Shown: positions 26,420-38,761 of the stretch, piece by piece
Numbering within the stretch: the stretch's first letter is position 1
Layout: each line of letters starts with the position of its first letter
Source: Xylographa opegraphella
Lineage: Eukaryota
Reading direction: 5' to 3'
Assembly: GCA_022813865.1 (NCBI GenBank)
Contig: JALDZX010000033.1
Span: forward strand, 186,001 to 246,356
DNA: 60,356 bases
Translations under genes and position numbers: made by a program
Notes under the pieces: generated by a model
Seen by the model: only the letters and a program-made list of their open reading frames with translations
Told to the model about the DNA's origin: nothing
The model's database searches: none

Positions 26420-27923
26420 TTATAGCTTCATCTCCAAATCACCCCCATTATGTCGCTCATGGTTGTCCACGTTTTGCCCCTTCATTTGCGGCGGATAATA
26501 AGGTATTCCACCACTGTTAAGCTTTCTCCTCTGCTCGGCGTCACACTCCTCGATAATCTCCGCCCCTGACAGCAGCCCGTTCATTGACCCCCATGCCATC
26601 TCCGCAGCGCCCCTACTGGCCGTAAATGTCATTGTCTTCGGTCCCGCCGTATGCATTACCGGCTCCCTTTCCTGCAGTTCCATCACCGCATCCCGCACCG
26701 TCTGGCTCAGTATATCAGCCCTTGCCTTCTCCCCCAGCAGCAGCACATCGGTGATACCCGCATTATGTTCATAGTCTAACAACTCCCTGTACACGGCCTC
26801 TTGCACCATGGCCGCAACCCGTTTCTTCCAAGGTCCAACCCGCCATGCGTTATCGAGCCCAAGCTCGGTGGAGAAGTAGCTGTGGTGCTGGGCCCAAGCG
26901 AGAGAGCACGTGCGGTTGGTCCACTTGCTAGCTACCTCGACCGAGAAAGCGCCGTGGCTGAGGTATACGGCGAGGACGTTCCGGGTGCTGGTTGCCTTCA
27001 ACTCCTTTTGCGGAACCGAAGGCAGAGTGTGGTTGTTCAGGCCGTAAGCGACAAAGGCCGCGTAAACCTGTTTGGGCTGGCGCTCATAGTAGGAGTCCGA
27101 GAGCAGATTCAGGCCGATGTGGGCGGCGGCATCGGCGATGTCTTCATCGTACAGCGCTACGAGATCCGGTGTTGCGATCATCGCGTGCGTGATCTTCCGC
27201 TGCTGAGCTTCCTCGGCTGCGGTGCGCAGCGACGAGAGAAACTTTGCAATAATACCAACGTCGGCAGAGGCAGGAAGGCCGAAGAATTTGCGGAGGCGGC
27301 GACGCTCTTGGCGAAAAGCGCCTTCCCAATTGACGGCTCCGCCATCGTGATACCATTCGTATGGGGGGCTGCCGATAATCTGGGTTAGTATAGAATTGCT
27401 TGTTTAGTGCGTTTATGGAGATGGAAAGGTGTGACGGACCTTCTATGACGGGAAGATGCCAAAGAGAGACGCTGCATTGTAGATTTGTAAATTTCATCGG
27501 CATCTTTCCTTGTTACGTAGCGGATCAAGCCTGAGCTGTCGCGGGTTGAGACCGTGCTGTACCGATGGAGACACTATTAGCTCTTCTGCACTCTTAGCAA
27601 CGTTTTGGTTTGTACCATCGAATGGCTCAGAGACAGAAACGATTCCGCAATGATTGGGGAGGCGTAAAAGCCCACTGAACAACGATGCAAGCTAAGAAAA
27701 GTATTGTCACAAACCCGTAAGACTCGGTTAGATCGAAGCCCACAGCAGGTGCGCTGTCAAGCGGTAGTGGAGGGGAAGAGGACCCGCACAAGTGAGAGTA
27801 AAGCAGGAGAGTAATGGCCGAGAATAGAAAAATGATGGCAGATACTTTGACATGGCGTTGAAGTCGAGAGTACGTATGCCTCTGTTTTGTCACAACTTCA
27901 GCGGCAGGCAAGTCATCAGCCAT
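26420..27923 (-). CDS. Membrane-anchored fungal hypothetical protein, possibly actin/Hsp70-like fold
   Basis: N-terminal TM helix, AVGFDLTESYG spliced to TVSTRD..., then GLPASADVG, VALYDEDIADA, VLLLGE and ASRGAAE; two introns. Confidence 0.6.
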
Positions 27924-28566
27924 GGGATCGGCTACGCTATAATAAACAGTGTAGAATGCAGATATTAGCAATATGATATAAGCTGAGGCATTGCGATCAC
28001 AAAGATTAAATATATGTTGTTGTATGCACAGCCTGGCTCGCCTGGACACGAAGGATTGCCATTCTGACTTGAGGAAGGCTGAGTGATAGCCAGCGCCACA
28101 TCGCTACAACGAAAGCCATCTCATTGGCAAGCAGTGTACGGAGTAGATATTTAGAGAGATACATGCAAATTGAAGTAGCGCGATCCGAATAGCATTAAGG
28201 GTTTAGAGCTACTGCCGTTTGTGAACGCGTACATAATGTAATTTATGAAGAAAAGACGTAATACTAATATCTGTGTGTGCGTACAATGAAGATTAGATAA
28301 GGTGAGTCAATAGCGACTCGACTATTTATCTATGTCTTGCATTCTGAGCTTTTTGGGATCCGGAGCTGCGAGGTATATTGTTTCAGCAAACATCGCATAG
28401 ATGAGGTAATTTATCTCTGTACTTCGCTTACAGAACCTATCCTACTTGTCACCGCCCCGATCGGGAGTGTGTTCTCTTGGCATTTGCTGCAAACATCATC
28501 ACCAGAAGAAAAGTGAACCGTCACTAAAGCGCAGGCAATCATTCCAGTCATTGAACAGTAAACACA

Positions 28567-29306
28567 ATGCGACCATCACCTAGACTGTTATCGGGAGGAA
28601 GCGAGCCTCTGGACACGAAGCATGGCCAGTAAGTAGTCGCACGATAAGCTCTCCACGCCAACCAAGCTGCTGTAGCAGTTATCAATAGAAGAACTTCGAA
28701 GCTCTTTGTCCCACGCATTGTCGTTGCAAATACTAACTGGCCTATCCACAGATTCTTAGGAGGCTGGGGCAACCTTGGTATATCGCCCACAGTTCCGCCA
28801 GCGGACTTCTCCCTTCACGGCAATTAGCTATCCATAGCCATGCCAATACCATTGACTCCGGTGCCATATCTCCAACTGCTGACATCCTCCTCCCCCAGGC
28901 TCGCAAACACAAAAAGGCATAACCACGTACTCCATATCCGCAAACCGTCAAGCTCCACTCGCCGGTACTCTCCACGCTGCCATCTTCAACACGTGGCGGC
29001 GTTTCAAGGCCCAGGCACTCTACGTCATCCCTCCGTTCGCAATCGCATACGCTACAATGAACTGGGCGATCGAGAAGTGAGTGTGCTCCTCAATCTAAGC
29101 GTCGATGAAGGGACAACGTTGCGATGTGGAGGCAGGAATGGGATGCTCTTGTAAAACGGGCGGAGACGATGGAATGGCAAAAGAAGAATGGTTTGGCTAA
29201 CTATTATGGGGTCGATAGGAACGAGTACTACAACTCGAAGGAGGCGCGGATGCACGATGCCGAAATGGCGGCCGAGGCGACTCCTGGGGGACCTGTCAGA
29301 GGTTAG
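28567..29306 (+). CDS. QCR8: Cytochrome b-c1 complex subunit 8
   Basis: Spliced FLGGWGNLGSQTQKGITTYSISANRQAPLAGTLHAAIFNTWRRF...YVIPPF...NEYYNSKEAR; four exons. Confidence 0.9.
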
Positions 29307-29733
29307 CGAAAGGAGTTGCGGGCAGCGCAACATGGGTATTTGGAGTGGTTGACAAAAAGGGCAAGCCGAGCGAGACAATTGTAGTATAGGCTGGTGAAGC
29401 GATGAACCAAATAGATGATTAGAGAGGTGTATCTGCAAACAAAGATCCTGTGTACAATGCTTGCTGTGACTTGAGGTACAACCATGGGTAGTCATGCGTA
29501 TAGATAAGAGAGATATGTATAGGTTGTCATCAAAGGTGCACTACTTCCAATCGGATTCAATACAGATATCTTCCAAAAAAAAACCCTATCTAAGTGTTCA
29601 CATTGTTGAGAGCTTCGATCTCTTCAACCATCAAAGCTGTAAGCATGAGAGACTATCTCCGTTTCTATAACGAGCTCCTTGAATCTCCAAAAGTGGCACT
29701 GCGATCTCTCCGTGCCTTCACTACGCCCAGCTC

Positions 29734-31198
29734 CTATCTCTCTGTGCCACTGTCAGCTGGACTATCGAGATCTTCACCCGGACGGGTTTGCCAGTTCTGA
29801 GCTCGCCATTTTGTGGATGACGTATCATCTGAACTGAGCGCTCTCGTACGACTAGGACTTTCAGCTCCACTTGTGGCATCGCTTCTGCCACTCATCACTT
29901 TTGACAGTGCGGCACCATCACCAAGGTCAATACTTGACTTCCACCTCACGTCCCCTTCTTCTGACCGAGAAGTAGGTAGCCCGATAGCTCTAGCAACAGC
30001 TCTTGCTTCATCCTCACGCGCCTGGTGGTCCTCTTGACCAGACAGATTCGGGCTATCAACATAATTCAATATACCACTTCCGTCCGTCCCACCCTTCTCG
30101 AGAATACCCAAGTAGGACTTTCTGTTGGGATCTGCACGACGTTTCCGCTTTTTCTTCTCTCGTTTCGCAGATGGACGAACAACAATGACAGGGACAGGGG
30201 AGTTTTGAAGGCAGTACTTTGATATAGATCCCGGTAGCAGACCTTGTATGCCCCCTAGAGACTTGCCGCGAGTGCCAACAATGAGGCAAGCGGGGGAGTA
30301 CCGAGCAATCTACTAGGCATTAGCGGTGGAGAAAATCTCGAGGAAAATCCATAGAGCAGCATATTGATGGTGAGGACAAGCATACCAAGTTCTGTATACT
30401 CTCCTGAACCTTACCGACAGCGAATTCAAGGACCAAATTTATGCTCTTCTCGTGGTCTTTGTTTTTTGACTTAATATGCTCCATCAGCTTATGAGCCTCC
30501 TCTTTGTATCTTCTTTGCTCGAGGCTTATATCACTATTGATTTTGCTGTCCTTGTCAACTACTCTGAAACAAACGACTTCGTCCCCATCATCTACCAATT
30601 CGTCGAGAAGCCACTCCAGAGCGAAATCAGAGTAGTCATTCTGATCAGTACCACACAGAAACAGTCGAGAACGTTTAGACGATGCAAAGTCTTTGTGTTT
30701 ATGTGTCAAGACGTAGGATAGCTCTGGCGCGTCTCGATTATCGAAAGTGTCGAAAGAGACTCGACTGCTATAGGTACTACGAGTTTGAGTGCTCGTTAGT
30801 GTCCGGCGTATGATACGAATAGACTTCACATAAGATATCAACTTTGTTACTAACATGATAGATACGCAGGTCTAAGGAAGCATAGCCTGCCAGTGAAGAT
30901 GGTGATAAGTCACGAAATTTACAGCATAAAGAGTTTAAGAGGCAAGCGCAACTTACGATGGCGGTGGAGGTGAAGAGTTCCTTCCTTGCAATTTAGGACG
31001 CCTTGGCTTGGAAGTATTTGTGCGTGCTGTTGCTTCAGCGTTGTGTAGTTGAAATTGGACAGATGGGCGGCGTGGATCTCCATCTTTGCTTTGGAAATTG
31101 ACCTTGCTTCGTAGCTGCTCGTCCGGAGCAGAGAACTGTAGGATGGGGGGAGAAGGAAGAGGAGAAGGAGAATTGGTTGAGGAGGGAGAGGTGGGCAT
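29734..31198 (-). CDS. Universal stress protein (USP) domain protein
   Basis: RVSFDTFDN...FLCGTDQNDYSDFALEWLLDELVDDGDEVVC...LIVGTRGKSLGGIQGLLPGSISKYCLQNSPVPVIVVR. Confidence 0.88.
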
Positions 31199-31650
31199 TG
31201 AACGGCCCAAGCCTTCTGCCTTTCCCAGATGCTTGTAGATGAAAGCACGAAATTAGCTGTGGGGTCTCCACAAATAGGCGCCGGGATGTGGTGGACCGGA
31301 CCGTAGGACGGAAACTGAATCTCAGCCCACAAAGGTAATGTATTTGTTCATCCAGCGAGGAGGAGCGCTCTGGACGACAGATGCACCCGGTCTTCGGAAT
31401 TTGTTTGGAAGATATATGCTATGGATGACACGAGATAGGTGATGACCGATGATGCGCATGTGGATGGAGGCTGTGCGGCCAGAATGCATTCTTGGCGTAC
31501 AGGATTACATCTGCCGACCGCCATGTATGACTCAAAGCGATAGTCATCTGCTCTGTCGGGGCATTTACTTGCTCGCAATAAAGCTCATGCCTTTGCTGCA
31601 GAGAATCCAGTGCTTCTCATCGCTGCACCAATGAGAAAGCGTGTCTCACT

Positions 31651-31688
31651 TCACGTGATCGACGTGCTTCCCTCTTTCTTATCGATAA
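31651..31688. promoter_or_regulatory. TCACGTGA E-box and TTATCGATAA palindrome in the divergent USP/GPR89 promoter
   Basis: TCACGTGA at 31651-31658; TTATCGATAA at 31679-31688. Confidence 0.4.
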
Positions 31689-31840
31689 CCAGGACCGACA
31701 GGGCTGACGATCCTTGGCACCTCGGGAGTTTGAGCCATTGATGCCACGCTCATCGAACAGCTTGAATATCTTTCAATGATACTCTCCATGTATCGTGGTC
31801 CGCCTCATCGCTCCCAATCACACCACTACCGTATGTACTC

Positions 31841-33454
31841 ATGGTGTTGCCCGAGAGCGATTGCGACGACTGCGTACCTGTGTATCTCCGGAGAAGGGGG
31901 CAGGCCTCAACAGCAATAATATTCTCGTCTTTGCCATTTCTTGTCACCTTTCTCTTCGTCGCTACACTCGTCTCCCAAAAGCTCTTTCCATTACTTTCAG
32001 CAGAGCTAGACTTGAAGAATGGTCAACATAACCCCAAGGCGCTACAGCCACAACTCAATATCCCAGCTGGATCATCCTCAAAATCCGTCCAGTCATTCTC
32101 AAAACCCGCCCTCAACCGAATCTCTGCCTTTACCTTCTCGACGACAATAGCATTGGCAGCCGTCTTAGCAGAGCTTGTTCTCTGCGAAATTTCTGATACT
32201 ATTAATCCAGCAGCTAGAGGGGTCGCCTTACGGATCACTGTTTTCCTGCTACTCATTCTCCTGATCATAATAATTCCCTCGTTGGAGATACACTCTATTA
32301 TATCAGCTGCCGGGTGGAAATATACTGGCAGGGACTCGGGAAGGCTTAAGCTGGCTTGGATCCTCCATTTGGCCGGGCTCGCGTTATGGCTCTTGGGTTT
32401 CTGGTGGAGTGGGCAGATACTATTGGCTAGGCACCATCATGAAAATAGTGCAAATAGTCATGGGTATGGAATTGATACCATTGTTGAGCATGTTGGCGTC
32501 ATTGGGATCTCTTTGATGGCACTTCTCTCCGGTTTCGCATCGGTCAGCTCACCCTGGCAAAACTTTGGGGCGCGGCCAAAGCCCGTCAGCGAGTCAACTA
32601 TAGCCGGTAAGCAAGCTGGCTTAGACGCTACAAACGATATGCTGGCGACCAAGCGGTCTCGTTTCCGAGCTTTGCAACGAAAGATGTCAGACGCCCCAGC
32701 TGAAGGTTTTCTTCAGAAAGCTATGGGATCCTTCCGCGGTAATGCTGACATCGCAGAACGAAAGAGCCTTGAGTTCGAGATATCTGGTCTTGACAACATG
32801 GCGCTGTCACTCTCTACCCACCTTTCTCTTCTCCAAGCTCGTCTACATCAGCAACGTCGATCAAAAAGTCCTCTTGGTCGTCTACTTCTTACCGCCTCAT
32901 TTATCTTCTCCGTCTACTGTATCTATCGTATCTTCACGACTTCCCTTACCGCCGTCCGCCGCAGTCTTGCGCCGACTGGTCATCAATTTATAGGTTCCGA
33001 TCCTATCAACAATATCCTCGCCCTCCTAGTGAAACACTACGACTCTCACCTGGATCGTGAAGCCTGGACACGCCAGATCTCGTTTTTCCTGTCTGGTATC
33101 ATGCTTTTCGCCTCCTTCTCCTCCGTCCTGCAAACATTTCACTTTTTTGCTCGATTTACTCCTAGTCTTCTCAAAGCTCTGCAAGCGAACTTGCCGCTGA
33201 TTGTTGCTCAAGTGTGTGCAACTTACGTCATTAGCGTTGCGCTGTTACTGCGAGGGATCATGCCTGGAGAACTAATCAGCAAACGGCTGAAAGAGCTTGG
33301 AGGTAGCGATATGCAGTGGGTTGACGGCTGGTTCGAGGCATGGTTCCTAGGTGGTGCAGTCATTACCGCAGCTGGGATATGGGTAGGGAGAAAGATAGGT
33401 AGCGGAGATGACTGGGATGATGAAGAGGATGTTGAAATGGGTAAGATGTCCTAG
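31841..33454 (+). CDS. GPR89/Golgi pH regulator (ABA-GPCR-like) membrane protein
   Basis: 537-aa intronless ORF with multiple TM segments; VGVIGISLMALLSGFASVSSPW, DPINNILAL and WTRQISFFLSG motifs. Confidence 0.87.
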   Translation: MVLPESDCDDCVPVYLRRRGQASTAIIFSSLPFLVTFLFVATLVSQKLFPLLSAELDLKNGQHNPKALQPQLNIPAGSSSKSVQSFSKPALNRISAFTFSTTIALAAVLAELVLCEISDTINPAARGVALRITVFLLLILLIIIIPSLEIHSIISAAGWKYTGRDSGRLKLAWILHLAGLALWLLGFWWSGQILLARHHHENSANSHGYGIDTIVEHVGVIGISLMALLSGFASVSSPWQNFGARPKPVSESTIAGKQAGLDATNDMLATKRSRFRALQRKMSDAPAEGFLQKAMGSFRGNADIAERKSLEFEISGLDNMALSLSTHLSLLQARLHQQRRSKSPLGRLLLTASFIFSVYCIYRIFTTSLTAVRRSLAPTGHQFIGSDPINNILALLVKHYDSHLDREAWTRQISFFLSGIMLFASFSSVLQTFHFFARFTPSLLKALQANLPLIVAQVCATYVISVALLLRGIMPGELISKRLKELGGSDMQWVDGWFEAWFLGGAVITAAGIWVGRKIGSGDDWDDEEDVEMGKMS

Positions 33455-34760
33455 AATTGGATGTCCGCGGAATTGCTATTTGTAGCATATCAGCAGCACC
33501 TCCAAAGCACTGAAGTGATTTTTTTTGAACTGGTGTACGGCTTTCCAATATCATACAATCTGGGAATCTATCTCACCAACGGCGCCGAGTGAAATGTATA
33601 AGAGAATGGTGCATTTGGTGTGCTGAGAGGTATTGCTCTACTCAAATTCATCCTCCTACATTTAAAAACTACATGCATAATTCGCCCCCACAACCAAAGT
33701 TCAGCTATGTCGCTCGGCACGACTTGATTTTAGCTACACTCTAGACATCTTCAGGTGGTCGTCGATGTTCTGCATTTGACTCACAAGCACGGAACTGACC
33801 CACAAGCAATACATTCTCTTAGTTCTCACTGGTTTTCTTTGGCCTCCATTTCTGTGGATTATGAGGACTTTCGAAACCACCTCATCATATTTCACACGAC
33901 CTCGCCATCAATATCGCAGTAGGACTCTGGCATTGAACAAATTTAGTGGCTGTGATGTAATAGCATACCTGCTCGGAGAAGGCGAAGACGGGAAGGACGA
34001 GGCACGCGGCCACTTGTACTTGCAGAGGCATGTCGGACAGTGATCGTATTTAGGATGCAATGGAGAAGATAATGCAGATACCTGCTTCTTGGCACGTTGA
34101 TCTCGTTGCGCGGCATTCAGGGTATCCTGTGAAAGGCTAGATGACAACAAAGATTTGATTCATAAAGTTGCGAGACAAAGATTTAAATTCGCTGCCGGGC
34201 CATTATCATGCCCACGAATGGCCTGACATCAGGATCCATTTTGAAATCAAACAAGTCATTTGTGTTTTGGGTTCGCCATCATGGTAAAAGTGACCCTGAT
34301 ACTGGACACTGATCAAGGCTCTTGTGGACTCCGCTTGTTGAAAATTCACACACTTGCAGAATTTTCCTCGATAATTCAGGGTCAAAGTCAGAATACGATT
34401 CGCTGTGGACTTTCACTACAATACTAAATTCTTTCGTAATCAGAGCTAGCACTTCTAGCAACATGCCCCAAGCTCTATCTGTAGCTCTTTATGCAGTATG
34501 TGGGAAGGAATACATATCTGAAAAGTGTCGGTCGAAAAAGGTTAGGAATCGCCTTATCCTAAGTTAGGATAAGGCGGTACGTCAATGCCACTCACGGCTT
34601 AGCGGCGGAAGCACAGCTCCATGGCTGTAGCCGAGGCGGATTGTCGTCGACGGCCAATGACCAGGCCGCCGAGTAGGCATCGGTAACTCGTGTGTCTGGT
34701 CGTGGAATCTTCCTGCGGTTCAACAGAAGTCCTTAGTACGGAGATAAACTATGATGTACA

Positions 34761-37700
34761 ATGTCGTTTGGCTTTGGGTAAGTTGCTCGAAAGAGTAATC
34801 TCTTGTCTTATGTGGTCGAGACCGACTGACCGTTCTCTATATTAGAGTTGGAGACTTGCTCGCGATAGCCAACACCATTGAACGAATAGTCAGCGAAATA
34901 AAGTCTTACCGCTCGGCCCCTTCCAGTTTCCAACGTCTGGCAATCGAGCTTGAGCTTTTGACAAAAACATGCACACAGATACTTCAAATCCAGCCCATAG
35001 AGGCAGACGACGCGACTCGAATGGACAACATCAGGAAGAGCATGTGTCTATGTCTCGGACCACTGAAAGCTTTTGCGGAAAAGATGAGAAGCTCGGAGGA
35101 CAGTCTCGGCGTCTCGAAGTGGTTAGCGGAGAATCATGGAGCTTTGAACGACGACGACGACCCTGACGGCAATGGCGGCCAAGCGCATCAGAACACGCTC
35201 CGAAGACGACTTCGGTCAGTTAAGGACAGGATACACTGGTCGATGATCGAAAGTAAAGAGATCGATGAGCTCAGAGCAGTCGTGGCCGGTCAATTGGTGG
35301 CTGTGGACACATTACTTAATGTCCGAACATGGTGCGTTGGATATCCTAGATGCCCTGGATCCTCCTAAATTTCAGACCAGGGCATGTCTTACAGAAGCCA
35401 ATGTTCGATCCGATGAACTTTCGGAGCGCCTGCAGAGCCTGATAAACGACACCCGAGCAGCATCGGATGAGAGTAGACAGTTCTATCTCAGCGCCAAGGC
35501 CGTGGCAAAGAGTCAATGGGATGAGATTGAACGATGGCAGACACTAAACGAGGAAGAAAGGATAGAGCTGAAGAAGGTAATTTTATCGGTTAGTGAGAGC
35601 AGTTATGAGACAAGGTCATGGACAAAGATCCTCGCGAACACTGTTGGCCTCTGGGGTGATAAACTTCAAGGCCAAGTTGGTACTTTGGCAAGCCTAAACA
35701 ATACTCTCTCCGCATATATGAGAAGGTAAGAGTGCTACACCACCCCATTTCTTCCTTGCTGAATTGTTACAGGTTGGTAGTGTCATGTGCCTCGATCACT
35801 GAGATGATAGAGCGGAATTTGTAAGTACTTTAAGGTTATTATCCTGTAATTATCTCGAGGAATAACAGAATGGCTGGATAGTCACACTCTCATCAATGTC
35901 TACGAAGTTCTTGTTCGTATTGAAAGAATGATATTAGCTAAAGCGATTGAGATGCCACATCTCCGGTTCGACGACCCATTTGGAGAGACGCTTGCGCTCC
36001 CTTATCAGATGTGTAATACATGGCAAGTAGGTTACGAAAGTATGTCATTTTAGGCCTAAGCTGTAGCTGAGTAACAAAATAGCACTTTACCAGGCTCTTA
36101 GGAGCCATGTTCGAGGACAAGCCTGGGAAGCGGCTTGTGCAACGTGGTAGCTTTATGATCATGACCGCCAAAGTCAATAGGATAATCGACTCAAAGCAGT
36201 GGGAACATGCCGTTCGTTCAGGTGATCATCTTTCGATGTCGATGGTCTTGAGACGTCGCACAATGGATGTCCAACAATGTCCACGATGCTTAACATGGGA
36301 AGAAAATTCCCAGACTCAACAAAAGGGCCGAACTTGGTACTGTAACCTTTCACAACATGCTAAGTGTGTCTTTTGAATAAGCTAATGTGTCTCCTTGGCC
36401 TAGCAATGCATGCGAACTTTGGTTCTCTACCTTGGACGAAGAACCCAATACTGCAGGGAGAATTGTCACCATGGGAGGAGAGCGAATAGAGCTCTATGAG
36501 GTTCCGGATGCTCCCAGAAATGATCACTCCTCTTCGGGACCTCTGGTTCTGCCCATGAGACATGTGACGAGTCCGGAACCAGGTCCTATATCCATCGGTA
36601 ACGACGAAGATACTGACGAAGATACGAAGCTGTTTCGACGCATACACTTTATAATTCAACAGTTCAGGTAGGCGGTTTTATGTTTTTGGGCACCGAGTAT
36701 CCAGCTCTGACAAAGCCTTGTAGAACCGATACAGCATCTGTCCTGGACGTTTCTGAGTTGGACGGCGTGGAGAATATTGATCTTAACTTCTCGCCGTCTG
36801 GTGTGCATGACGAGTCTGACGGTGGTACGGACGATTACTTTGATCGAGGAGAACAACCAACTGTATCCATCACCCCACCGCCGATATCTGAAGGATTGAA
36901 ATCAAAGAAACCGAAAAAAGCGAAGCGTCCATCAATTCAAGCTAACCGAGATCGTTCTGTTCCCCCAGCTTACCGATCTCCGATACCTTCACCCTATTAC
37001 TATGAGTCTGCAACCAGTGTTCATTCCAGACCTAGAACTTGTTACTACGAAAAACCAGTTGATGGCTCCAGAGCATCTCGCTTTTCCTATTATACAGGGT
37101 ATGGTTCAGATTGTCGTATCCCTAGATCAACTGGCAAAGTCAGCCACGCGACTTACTTTCTGTCACGAGAGGAAGAGCCAATCCATCCAAGTGAGGTAGA
37201 TGCAATCAAATACCATAATCATTCTTTCTACGGTCGTTATGCACCGAGGTCTTATTACGGAAATAAGCAGGGCCCGGAAGCCATGGAGCACACCTTGTAT
37301 CATTTCGATCATAATTGCGCAACATGCCACGATTACCAACCAAGATCTTGGTACGATACCGCGAATAAACAAAGCGTATCTTCCAGGCATTCTGATGCAG
37401 GACGAACAATAAGGAAGCCAGCAGGAAGACTCAATACCACGGTCAGACCACCACAATCTCGTACAGCTACAGAGACAGACAGGTACTTTGCACGGATTCC
37501 ATCAGGCTACTCTTTGAAAAACTGGGATCCAACTGAATTGCCCATCATGATTTTGGGTAGTGTTTTCGATGCCAATTCGCTCGGGAAATGGATATATGAC
37601 TGGACCGTCTATCACTATCATCCTGGCTCCGCAAGTAGGGAGCTAGCCGGCGAGCTCTGGCTACTCTTGATCAAATTTGCGGGCAAGATAAAGGTAGCAG

Positions 37701-38761
37701 ATAACCAGCTCGATCAAATTGATACGGCAGAGGAGAGGGAAATGATACAGGAATTTCTTGACAGCGGCGATAGAATCTGGAATCGTCTCAAGAACCTGCT
37801 GAAAGTAGGCGAAGATTATATGTGGAGGGCCTATAAGAGAGACAACAGCAAGCATGGTATCAACAATGACGGGGAACTCCAACACACTGAGAACCGAAAT
37901 GAGTCTGATAACAACGAGAATAATGTGACTTATTCCCACAAGGAAGAACGAGCGGGTGAGGGAGGGCCAAAAGTCAAGAGCGCAACAGATGTTCATATGC
38001 GACATCAGCCTACTGCGGATAGTGAAAGTGGACATGTTCAAGCAGAACAAGAATCAATATTGGTAGAAGCAGAAGCATGCAGCCGCTCGACACAAATTCC
38101 TACCGTGGACAATGAATTAAAAGATGAGAAGCGTGGAAAGCCGAAGTCTAGGGCTTCTAAGACCGCTGGTCCGGTTCAGCTGGGCAAAAGTTCCGGCATT
38201 GCGTTTGTCGAGGCTATTTTCGGAAAAGACAAAGAACTAGAAAGTACGGAAAAGCTTATGGCAATTATGAACTTCTGGATTTTGCGGTTCGACGTCAATT
38301 GCGGGGAGATTCTACGGCCAAGATCCGCAACGCAAACAGGACGACGTGGGCAGAATCCCTCCGTCGAGTTCGGAAGCTACCACGGGTATTGGTCTACCAT
38401 TCCGGGAGCACGGACTTCGGACGTCGATTCAACTGCATCTTGGAAGCAAACCAGAACTCGACACACCACTACAACAGGACGCTCTACACATACAAAATCG
38501 AGAGTGGCCACAAAAGACGACAACGTCGTCGAAGTTGCCGGTGCTCCCTCCGTCCTGGACGTAGAACAGAATTCTTCGCCCTTTGATGCTGAAACCCAGG
38601 GATCGGATTCCGCAAAAGGTCTGAATGAGTGGGACTCTTCGGCACTTACTATGAGGAAGACGAAGAAGAAGAAGAAGAAGTCCAAGGAATCTGTCGCCGA
38701 CGATTCCAATTTGCAGCCTGGGAGTATTAAAATTATCAATGACTCTGAAGACTTGGGATGA
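34761..38761 (+). CDS. Multidomain protein: HeLo-like/SesA-type N-terminus, fungal ubiquitin-like domain, Zn ribbon, conserved 'YSLKNWDP' domain
   Basis: Eight exons (34761-34777, 34846-35331, 35381-35725, 35773-35820, 35882-36026, 36083-36336, 36404-36667, 36724-38761) with GT-AG introns sum to 3597 nt in one frame (~1198 aa). Confidence 0.7.

Noticed and set aside
33900..34470. Possible gene remnant on the minus strand
   Set aside because: Short ORFs could not be joined into a recognisable protein.
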